From: Alphaproteobacteria bacterium
GTDB lineage: Bacteria > Pseudomonadota > Alphaproteobacteria > UBA828
Assembly: GCA_965214705.1 (NCBI GenBank)
Contig: OZ243972.1
Coordinates: 256,001-320,000 of the forward strand
Direction of reading: 5' to 3'
DNA: 64,000 bases
Part shown: positions 19,563-27,660 of the stretch, one piece after another
Numbering within the stretch: position 1 is the stretch's first letter
Layout: each line of letters begins with the position of its first letter
Notes under the pieces: generated by a model
What the model was told of the DNA's origin: nothing
What the model saw: the letters and a program-made list of their open reading frames with translations, nothing else
Database searches by the model: none
Translations under genes and position numbers: made by a program

Positions 19563-19936
19563 GATGTCCCGAGCGCGGGAGCGAATAGCAACTCCCTGAG
19601 AAGACCCAGCTGCCGCGCCCGTTCGGCGATCGCCTTCGGATCCTCGATGCTCAACTCGGGGGCTTCCGCAGCAGCCTCTTCCTTGTCCCGCAACAGCCGC
19701 TCGAACCGGGTGAAATTGTCCTGCATCTCCTCCGCCGTGAACATGCGCCTCAGCCGCGACACGAAACCCGGCAAAGCCTGCGCGAACTCCGGGCGCTCCG
19801 CAGCCGCCTGCGCGAAGCTCACCAGCTTCTCGCCGACGATGTAGTCGAAGGCGGCCTCGACGCCGAAGCGGTGCATGACGGCCTCGGCGGCCTCGCACTG
19901 CTCCATCCAGATGTCCTGCCAGCGCCGCTCGGTCAT
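19559..19936 (-). CDS. Hypothetical protein (125 aa), coupled to recD2
   Basis: Protein-like 3' part of ORF 19559-21115 (MTERRWQDIWMEQCEAA...); its stop overlaps the recD2 start. Confidence 0.6.
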   Translation of the reverse strand: MTERRWQDIWMEQCEAAEAVMHRFGVEAAFDYIVGEKLVSFAQAAAERPEFAQALPGFVSRLRRMFTAEEMQDNFTRFERLLRDKEEAAAEAPELSIEDPKAIAERARQLGLLRELLFAPALGTS

Positions 19937-20200
19937 GCGCCCGGTTCCCTTTCGACGGTGCCGTCCCACGCGGTCCATGGAACGCTGCTTCCGCTTCGAA
20001 AGCCAATCGATTCTTCCGCTCATTCTGAGGCGTCGCTGCGCGCCCGGCAACGACCTGCCTCGCGCCCTCGCCAGCGGCCCGGCCCGGCGCGGCCTTTTCG
20101 CCGCCGGCACAAGAATGCCCCTTGTTCCCCATGCCGCGCATGCCATGATCGACCGGCGGCCCCACAGGGGAAATAGCCCACAGAAGAAAGGAGCGCGTCG

Positions 20201-21766
20201 GTGTCGGACGCTCGGCTTCGTTCCCTTCTCAAGCAGCTCGGCAAGGCAGACGGCCCCGACGCCGCGATGCGCCTGGCGCGGGACCGCAGCACGTTGCTCC
20301 TGGGGACACCCGGTTCGGCCTCGGCGCTGATCTCGGGCGGCAAGGCGGACGCGGAAGCGCGGTTGACCCTGTTCACGCTGCTGCTCGACCAGGCGCGTAT
20401 GAACAAGGAGAACCGGAGACGGCTGGGCGCCGGCTTTCTGTCGGAGGCGGAAGAGGCGATCGCCGCGCTGTGCGGGTCCGGCGGCCTGGATCTCGATGCG
20501 GGCGTTTCCCTGGCCCGGGCCTACGCCATTGCCGAGCTGGAGGTGCCGCAGGCCCTGGTGTCGGCTCTCATGACGGGCGCGGGGAGCGCAATCGAGGCTG
20601 AAGGGTTGCCGGACGACTTCGATGCACAAATCGACGGTCTCCGGCGCGAGGCGGACGGCGACGACTACATGCTGCACGGCTTTCTGAACGAGCTGCTGAG
20701 CGGGATGCCGCCGCCGTTGCGCCTGGCCTTCGTGCATCAGGTGGCGGGGCGTGACGAGGCGTGGTGCGGCCCCCTTGCGCTGTATTGGCTGCTGGATCCG
20801 GCGCCGGAGGTGCGCCGGGCGGCGGCGGCAGGCCTCGGGGAGCGGGCGGAACGGGGCAGCCTCGATGCTGCGGCCGCCTCGGCTCTGCCGTTGATCCGGA
20901 CCTGGGTTCCGGCGGACGACGCCCGCGCGGCGTTGGACGCGGCTCTTCGGGGCGCGCGGCGGCACGAGTTGGCCGGGCCGCTCGAGCGTCCTGCGCTTCG
21001 GCCTGCCGGGCTTCTCGGATCGTTGCCGGACGGCTCGGGCAGCCAGAGCTTCGCGGTCTCGCTCGAGGGCGCGGACGGGCCTGCGGCCGCCCTGGTGCTC
21101 TTGAAGATCGGTCATGGGGTGAAGGAGGCCTTCCTGGTTCGGGGGGAGGAGGCGGGAGCCATGCTGTCGGGCCAGTTGGCTCAGACATGCAACATGGAAC
21201 TGGCTTTGGAGGCGCTGGAGCCCGCGCTATCGGCGGCGCTTGCGGAGGGTCTGTCTGCCGGGAAGCCCGGTCCGCCGGGCCTGATCGACGTGGCCCGGGC
21301 CTGCGGCCTGGGCACGCTGAAGCCGCAGCCGATGACGGCGCAGGACTGGCTCTTGCACGTTGACCCTGCGGGCGAGATCGCGGGCTTGCGGCCTCGCGAG
21401 CGGGCGCGGCTAATCGAGCGGAGCGCCGAGTGGCCCTACGACCACAGTCTGGTGAAGACCTGGTACGAGGGCACGGCGATCGTGGACGAGGCAGTGAAGG
21501 GGATTGGCGGCCGGCGGCAAGCGACTGCGGCATTCCGGGCGGCGCTCGACAGGCGGCGCGACTACTGGTCGCTTCTCATTGCGAGAGCGGCACACGTGTT
21601 GAGTGCCGCAACGGGGGAGGGGGACTGGCGGTCCTTCGCCGCGACGGCGGCAGCGTTGATCGACGGCGCGGCGCTGCAGACGCTGCCGGTCATGGAGCAT
21701 GTTCTCGACTCGAGTCTGGCCGCCTGGCGGGCGGAGGAATACGCTCTGGACGGCAAAGGGCGCTGA
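20201..21766 (+). CDS. Hypothetical alpha-helical protein (521 aa)
   Basis: Long ORF with AAGGAG RBS upstream and normal amino-acid composition; no family recognised. Confidence 0.65.
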   Translation: MSDARLRSLLKQLGKADGPDAAMRLARDRSTLLLGTPGSASALISGGKADAEARLTLFTLLLDQARMNKENRRRLGAGFLSEAEEAIAALCGSGGLDLDAGVSLARAYAIAELEVPQALVSALMTGAGSAIEAEGLPDDFDAQIDGLRREADGDDYMLHGFLNELLSGMPPPLRLAFVHQVAGRDEAWCGPLALYWLLDPAPEVRRAAAAGLGERAERGSLDAAAASALPLIRTWVPADDARAALDAALRGARRHELAGPLERPALRPAGLLGSLPDGSGSQSFAVSLEGADGPAAALVLLKIGHGVKEAFLVRGEEAGAMLSGQLAQTCNMELALEALEPALSAALAEGLSAGKPGPPGLIDVARACGLGTLKPQPMTAQDWLLHVDPAGEIAGLRPRERARLIERSAEWPYDHSLVKTWYEGTAIVDEAVKGIGGRRQATAAFRAALDRRRDYWSLLIARAAHVLSAATGEGDWRSFAATAAALIDGAALQTLPVMEHVLDSSLAAWRAEEYALDGKGR

Positions 21767-21969
21767 CCGGAGCGGGCGGTCCGTTGGCGCGTGGCGAGGC
21801 CTCGGTTCTTTTCCCGATGCCGGCCGGGCGCGTACGTTTGCGCGCGGCCTTGGCACCGGCTTGCCGGCGTAGTATCCAGCCGCCCTCAGCCACACCATCG
21901 GAGGCTCAGGACATGGCGGTATCCCCTCCCCGCAAGGCCACCGCGCTCAAGAAGGCGATGACCAAGGTT

Positions 21970-22011
21970 AAGGGTTGGGCAGGCTCTCTCTCGAGAGCCT
22001 GCCCAACCCTT
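21970..22011. repeat. Perfect 19-bp stem hairpin at the end of the IS91-like element
   Basis: AAGGGTTGGGCAGGCTCTC-tctc-GAGAGCCTGCCCAACCCTT. Confidence 0.9.
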
Positions 22012-22273
22012 TTGAACGAAGCCGCGGGCCACGAGAGGCGAAGTTGAGCTATGTGGAAAGTGCGCTGATGTCAGCGTCAGGCGGCATCCACCGGCAGCAG
22101 AGTTGCGCATAAAATCGACGCTCGCGCCGGTCTTTCGGCAGGCATGCGGGCGCACGCTGCGAGGACTGAGCGGGGTGTGAGCCGAGGGCTGTCAGCCCGG
22201 CTCAAGCGGAGACAGGTTCGGTCGTGCGTCGGCGCTTTGGCGCCGTTGCGCGGGGCCGAAGCGAGCGGGCGTC

Positions 22274-23515
22274 TCACGGTTTCCCCCTGTGGGTCGGCGG
22301 CAGCGCCGGCGGGCCGCGCGTCGAGCGGGGCTCATGGCGGCGGCGGATTTCGCGGACGAGGCGCATGACGCCGCCGCAGTGGGGGCAGGCCACGGGCGCG
22401 GTGCCGATCTCGGGCTCTTCGTCGGGCTCGGCCCGAGCGCCGTCCACGCTTCCCTCGGGGGCGGCGCAGCCGAGGGCGCCGAGAGCCTGGCGTGCTCTCT
22501 CCAGCGTGCTGGCGCGGCAGCCGTTGGCGAGGATGCCGAAGTAGCGAATGCGGTGCATGCCGTCCGGCAGGACGTGCCTCAGGAAGCGGCGGATGAACTC
22601 GTCGGCGCTCACGGTGGCGATGCCGTAGCGCGGCTTTCTCTGCCCCGGCGCCTTGGGCTTTCGGTGGCGGAAGGAGACCGTCTCGCCGTCGAAGGAGACG
22701 ATGCGGCTGTCGGAGATGGCGATCCTGTGCGTGTAGTGCGAGAGGTACCGGAAGACCTGCTCAGGCCCGCGGAAGGGCCGCTTGGCGTAGACCACCCAGT
22801 CCCTGGCCCGGGCGGCGGCAAGCGTGGCGTGGAACTCGCCGGGATTGGCGAGGTGGGCGAGGGTGCCGTGGAACTCCAGGTCCCCCCGGCCGTGGGCGCG
22901 GGCGAGCTCCTCGAGGAAGAGGCGGCGGAACAGGCTGCCGAGGACCTTGACGGGGGCGAGGAAGGTGGTGCTCCCCGTCTTCCACTCGCCACTGTCTACG
23001 TCGAAGCCCGCGTTGGGCACGACCACGTGCAGGTGCGGGTGGAAGCGGAGCTTCTGATCCCAGGTATGGAGGACCGCGGTGCCGCCGATGCGCATGCCGC
23101 CGTGGCGGGGATCGGCGGCGATGGTGCGCAGGGTCTCGGCGACGGCCCGGAAGAGGATGTCGAACACCACCCTGCGGTTGCAGAAGGCAATGGCGGCAAC
23201 CTCCTTGGGCAGGGTGAAGACCACATGGAAGTAGGGCACCGGCAGGATGTCCCCGGCGCGCTCCTCGCTCCAGAGGTTGGCGGCGAGACCCTGGCAGGTG
23301 GGGCAGTGGCGGTTGCGGCAGGAGTTGAAGAGCGGATGCTCGCGCCCGCAGCCCTCGCAGGCGTACATGTGGCCGCCGAGCACGGCGGTGCGGCACGCCT
23401 CGATGGCGCCCATGACCTTGAGCCGGGCGGCGTCGATGCGCCCTTTGTGGCGCTCACGGAAAGCGGCGCCGGCGCGGCGGAAGATCTCCGCCACGCCCGC
23501 GCGTTCGGCCTCCAC
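22274..23515 (-). CDS. IS91-family (Y2 HUH) transposase with N-terminal Zn-binding domain
   Basis: 'CRT..LGGH..CEGCG...NSCRNRHCPTC', HUH 'HPHLH', Y2 motif 'YLSHY', 'HRIRYFG'. Confidence 0.9.
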   Translation of the reverse strand: MEAERAGVAEIFRRAGAAFRERHKGRIDAARLKVMGAIEACRTAVLGGHMYACEGCGREHPLFNSCRNRHCPTCQGLAANLWSEERAGDILPVPYFHVVFTLPKEVAAIAFCNRRVVFDILFRAVAETLRTIAADPRHGGMRIGGTAVLHTWDQKLRFHPHLHVVVPNAGFDVDSGEWKTGSTTFLAPVKVLGSLFRRLFLEELARAHGRGDLEFHGTLAHLANPGEFHATLAAARARDWVVYAKRPFRGPEQVFRYLSHYTHRIAISDSRIVSFDGETVSFRHRKPKAPGQRKPRYGIATVSADEFIRRFLRHVLPDGMHRIRYFGILANGCRASTLERARQALGALGCAAPEGSVDGARAEPDEEPEIGTAPVACPHCGGVMRLVREIRRRHEPRSTRGPPALPPTHRGKP

Positions 23516-23802
23516 GCGCCGTCAGTTGCGCAACGCTGCGAAGCCTGAGATCGGGTGGTCGAGGCCCTCGAACATCTTGCCGGTGACGCGGGCGTAGTGA
23601 CGGGTCGTGTTCGCGCTTCGATGGCCGAGCATGTCCCGGATCACCTCGATATCGCCGCCGCGCTCGAGGAGATGGGTCGCCGCCGAATGGCGCAGGCAAT
23701 GGAAGGTGTAGCGTAAGCGGTATCGGGCCCCCATACTTCCAGCGGATCTGATTTCGGGGCTGACTCTCCGCCTTGACCACGAGCCACACAGGAGAGATCG
23801 CG

Positions 23803-24228
23803 ATGACAGATTCGATTTTGGCATCTGGCGACGGTGTCGCTGTTGCTTCGGTTGAGATCCCAGCTTCTGAGGGAGCCGCCCCGGCTCCGTCTGAGCCGGC
23901 CCCCATGCGACGCTGGCCGGACGATGAGAAGGCGCGGATTGTCTCGGAGAGCTTTGAGCCGGGCTCTTCGGTTGCGGCGGTCGCGCGCCGCCATGGCGTC
24001 AGCGATACGACCCTGACCAAGTGGCGGCGGCGCGCGCGGGAGGGAACTCTTCCGGGCGCTCGGATTGGTGGCTCTGCACCGCCATTTGTTCCCGTGGTGG
24101 TTGATAGCGTGACGTCCGAGCGGACGGTGGCGATCGAGGCGCTAGGCGTGGTCGTTCGCCTTCCGGTGGAGAGCGCGGTCGATCGGATTGTTGCGGTGGC
24201 CTCGGGCCTGGGCCGGGCGTCGTCATGA
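23803..24228 (+). CDS. tnpA: IS66 TnpA (HTH)
   Basis: '[15 protein letters not shown]...[12 protein letters not shown]'. Confidence 0.85.
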   Translation: MTDSILASGDGVAVASVEIPASEGAAPAPSEPAPMRRWPDDEKARIVSESFEPGSSVAAVARRHGVSDTTLTKWRRRAREGTLPGARIGGSAPPFVPVVVDSVTSERTVAIEALGVVVRLPVESAVDRIVAVASGLGRASS

Positions 24229-24575
24229 TCGCGGCCCCCTCGCTTCGCATCGTGTTGGCGACGCGGCCGGTTGATTTTCGTCGCGGCCACGACGCGCTTG
24301 CGGCGACGGCGGCGGGGGAGCTGGACCTCGATATCTATTCCGGGGTGATCGTGATCTTCCGCTCGCGCCGCGGCGACAGGCTCAAGCTCCTTGCGTGGGA
24401 CGGCAGCGGTCTGGTGATGACCTACAAGCGTCTGGAGCAGGGCCGCTTCGCCTGGCCTCGGATCGAGGATGGTGTGATGCGCCTTACGAAGGGCCAGTTC
24501 GAGGCCCTCTTCGAGGGTCTGGACTGGCGCCGGGTGAAGGCCCGCCCGGTTCGCCGCCCGCTGGCGGCGGAGTGA
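24225..24575 (+). CDS. tnpB: IS66 accessory protein TnpB
   Basis: 'PVDFRRGHDAL', 'RLKLLAWDGSG..MTYKRLEQGRF'. Confidence 0.9.
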   Translation: MIAAPSLRIVLATRPVDFRRGHDALAATAAGELDLDIYSGVIVIFRSRRGDRLKLLAWDGSGLVMTYKRLEQGRFAWPRIEDGVMRLTKGQFEALFEGLDWRRVKARPVRRPLAAE

Positions 24576-24901
24576 GGCGGCACGCAGGCGGGGCCGCAGA
24601 TTTCGGTCGCGGTCCCGCCTGCACTTTTCCCTGGTCATGCATTGGCGAATCGGATTAAGGGGTGGCCCATGCCGAAGGTCACGCCCTCACCCCTCAGCAG
24701 CGCCGGTTCGCCGTCGCCTGCGGTGGTTTCGGCGGCGCTGGCGGCCCTGCATGCGGAGCTTGACGACGAGCGCGCGGCGCGCCGGGCGACGGAAGCAGCC
24801 CTATGCGAAGCGTAAGCGGTATCGAGGCCCCATACTTCCAACGCATCTGATTTCGCGGCTGACTCTTGGCCTTGGCAAGGAGCCTTGGAGGAGGCATCGC
24901 G

Positions 24902-25504
24902 ATGAAGGATTTGGATTTTCTGCGTGGCCACGAGTTCGGCGGTCACTCGGTCGAGGCGCGAGCGCCTGAAGAGGCCGCCCCATCTGCCGCAGCCCCATCT
25001 ACGGCAACTGTTCCGGCTGATCACACTCGGCGGTCATGGTCCGCCGAGGAGAAGGCACGGATCGTCGCGGAGAGCGACAGGCCGGGAGTTGTGCAGAAGG
25101 AGGTCGCGGCTCGCCACGGCATCAGCGCACAAACTCTTCGTCAGTGGCGCAGTCGGTCAGCGGCTTCCGGGAAGCGGCGTGGCCGGCCTTGGCCGGCTGA
25201 TGTGAAGGCGCGGATTGTTGCGGAGAGCGAGCGCCCGGATGCATCGATATCGGCAGTTGCCCGCCGTCACGGCATCAGCGAGAAGACGCTGCGCACCTGG
25301 CGTCGCCAGGCGGCGAGTGACGCTGGTGGCGATCGGCAGGGAGCCGGGTCTTCGCCCCCCTATATTCCGGTTGTAGTTGACGGGTCTGCGTCCGAGCGGA
25401 CGGTCGCGATTGAGGCGCTGGGCGTCGTCGTTCGCCTTCCGGTGGAGAGCGCGGTCGATCGGATCGTGGCTGTGGCCTCGGGCCTGGGTCGTGCGTCGTC
25501 ATGA
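24902..25504 (+). CDS. tnpA: IS66 TnpA with tandem HTH domains
   Basis: Two copies of 'W..(E/V)KARIVAES.RP......VA.RHGIS..TLR.WR'. Confidence 0.85.
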   Translation: MKDLDFLRGHEFGGHSVEARAPEEAAPSAAAPSTATVPADHTRRSWSAEEKARIVAESDRPGVVQKEVAARHGISAQTLRQWRSRSAASGKRRGRPWPADVKARIVAESERPDASISAVARRHGISEKTLRTWRRQAASDAGGDRQGAGSSPPYIPVVVDGSASERTVAIEALGVVVRLPVESAVDRIVAVASGLGRASS

Positions 25505-25851
25505 TCGCGGTGCCCTCGCTTCGCATCGTGTTGGCGACGCGTCCGGTTGATTTTCGTCGCGGCCACGACGCGCTTGCGGCGACGGCGGCGAGGGAGCTGG
25601 ACCTCGATATCTATTCCGGGGTGATCGTGATCTTCCGCTCGCGCCGCGGGGACAGGCTCAAGCTTCTCACCTGGGACGGGACCGGTCTGGTGATGACCTA
25701 CAAGCGTCTGGAGCAAGGCCGCTTCGCCTGGCCCCGGATCGAGGACGGTGTGATTCGCCTTACGAAGGGCCAGTTCGAGGCTCTCTTCGAGGGCCTCGAC
25801 TGGCGCCGGGTGAAGGCCCGCCCGGTTCGCCGCCCGCTGGCGGCGGAGTGA
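25501..25851 (+). CDS. tnpB: IS66 accessory protein TnpB
   Basis: Near-identical to 24225-24575. Confidence 0.9.
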   Translation: MIAVPSLRIVLATRPVDFRRGHDALAATAARELDLDIYSGVIVIFRSRRGDRLKLLTWDGTGLVMTYKRLEQGRFAWPRIEDGVIRLTKGQFEALFEGLDWRRVKARPVRRPLAAE

Positions 25852-25944
25852 GGCGAGACGCAGGCGGGTCCGCAGATTTTTGTCGAGGTCCCGCCTGCAC
25901 TTTTCCCTGGTCACGCATTGGCGAATCGGATTAAGGGATCGGCC

Positions 25945-27660
25945 ATGCCGAAGGTCACGCCCTCACCCCTCAGCAGCGCCGGTTCGCCGTCGCCTGCGGT
26001 GGTTTCGGCGGCGCTGGCGACCCTGCAGGCGGAGCTTGCCGAGGAGCGCGCGGCGCGCCGTGCGACCGAAGCAGCCCTATGCGAAGCGGAGCAGGCACGC
26101 GGCGCGGCGGAGGCGGCGAGGCAGACGGCGGAAGCGCGGGCGGCACGGCTGGAGGCCGAGAACGCGCACAGCGCGGAGCAGATCAGCCGGCTTGAGCATC
26201 TCAACAAGGAGCTCAGGAAGGCGCTGTTCGGTCCGCGCTCCGAGAAGCTCAACGAGGACGAGCGCCAGCTTACGTTCGAGGAGTTTTGGGCGGCGATCGC
26301 TGAAGCCGGCGGTCGGCCCGAGGCAGATGACCAGGAGCAGGACGAGGGGGCTGGCGGCAAGCGCCGGCGGCGCTCTTCCCGGGGGTCGCGCAGCGGGGTG
26401 CGCTTCGGGCCCCAGGTCGACCGGCGCGAGGAGGTGATCGAGCCGGACACGATCATGTGCCCCTGCGGCTGCGGCGAGATGACGAAGATCGGCGAGGACC
26501 GCAGCGAGCGGCTGGACTATGAGCCGGCGAAGTTCACCGTCATCGAGACCGTGCGCCCCCGCTACGCCTGCAACAAGTGCAAGGGCGGCGGGGTGGTGCA
26601 GGCGTCGGCGCCCGCCTCTCTGGTGGAGGGCGGCCTTCCCACCGAGGCTCTTCTGGCGCAGGTGCTGATCGCGAAGTACGGCGATCATTGCCCGCTCTAC
26701 CGTCAGTCGCAGATTTACGAGCGCTCGGGGATCGAGGTTCACCGTGCGACGCTGGCGACGTGGGTGGGGCAGGCGTCGTTTCACCTGCGCCCCGTGGTCG
26801 CTTGCCTGAAGGATGAGCTGAAGAAGTCGGATCACCTGGGTCTGGACGAGACCACGATCCGCGTTCTCGACCCGGGCCGGGGCAAGACGAAGACGGGCTA
26901 CATGTGGACCCTTGTGCGCGACGAGCGCCACTGGAGCGGCGCCGACCCGCCGGGCGTTGTCTATCGCTATGAGCCCGGTCGCGGCGGCAAGTATGGCGCC
27001 AGGCTCTTGAAGGGCTTTTCGGGGACGGTGCAGCTCGACGCCTACTCGGGCCACAACATCCTGGCGCGGCCGGACCGGCCCGGCGGCCCCGTGACGCGGG
27101 CTCTGTGCTGGGCGCACGTCAGGCGCAAGCTGAAAGAGGTGTACGACTCGAGCGCCTCGCCGATCGCGCTGGCTGGCCTGAAGCGGATCGCGACGCTCTA
27201 TGCGATCGAGGAGAAGATCCGGGGCGAGCCGCCGGCGACGCGTCAGGCGATCCGCTGGGAGGAGTCGGCGCCGATCGTGAACGCCTTCGGTGTCTGGCTC
27301 GACGAACAGCGCTCGCGGGTCTCACCGCGCTCGCGTCTCGGCGAGAAGCTCACCTATATCGCCAACCAGTGGGACGGGCTGCTGGAGTTCCTGCACGACG
27401 GCCGCGTCGAGATCGACTCGAACCTGGTGGAAAACCGAATCCGCCCGCTGAAGCTCACCGCCAAGAATGCGCTCTTCGCCGGCAACGACGAGGGTGCGCA
27501 AGCCTGGGCCCGCATCGCATCGCTGATCGAGACCTGCAAGATGAACGGCGTCGAGCCTTACGCCTGGATGCGGAGCACGCTCGAGAAGATCGCCAAGGGT
27601 CACCCGCAGTCCAAAATCCAGGAACTGCTGCCGTGGAACTTCGAGCCCGAGACAAATTGA
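25945..27660 (+). CDS. tnpC: IS66 DDE transposase TnpC
   Basis: Coiled coil 'LFGPRSEK', Zn finger 'CPCGCG...YACNKC', 'LDETT', 'CWAHVRRK', 'DSNLVENRIRP', 'LLPW'. Confidence 0.92.
   Translation: MPKVTPSPLSSAGSPSPAVVSAALATLQAELAEERAARRATEAALCEAEQARGAAEAARQTAEARAARLEAENAHSAEQISRLEHLNKELRKALFGPRSEKLNEDERQLTFEEFWAAIAEAGGRPEADDQEQDEGAGGKRRRRSSRGSRSGVRFGPQVDRREEVIEPDTIMCPCGCGEMTKIGEDRSERLDYEPAKFTVIETVRPRYACNKCKGGGVVQASAPASLVEGGLPTEALLAQVLIAKYGDHCPLYRQSQIYERSGIEVHRATLATWVGQASFHLRPVVACLKDELKKSDHLGLDETTIRVLDPGRGKTKTGYMWTLVRDERHWSGADPPGVVYRYEPGRGGKYGARLLKGFSGTVQLDAYSGHNILARPDRPGGPVTRALCWAHVRRKLKEVYDSSASPIALAGLKRIATLYAIEEKIRGEPPATRQAIRWEESAPIVNAFGVWLDEQRSRVSPRSRLGEKLTYIANQWDGLLEFLHDGRVEIDSNLVENRIRPLKLTAKNALFAGNDEGAQAWARIASLIETCKMNGVEPYAWMRSTLEKIAKGHPQSKIQELLPWNFEPETN

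Noticed and set aside
19563-20165. N-terminal extension of the 941-aa recD2 ORF
   Set aside because: It overlaps a better-supported 125-aa gene and is absent from the second recD2 copy.
24225-25851. TnpB genes as RNA-guided nucleases
   Set aside because: These are 116-aa IS66 accessory TnpB proteins, unrelated to IS200/IS605 TnpB; no RuvC motifs.
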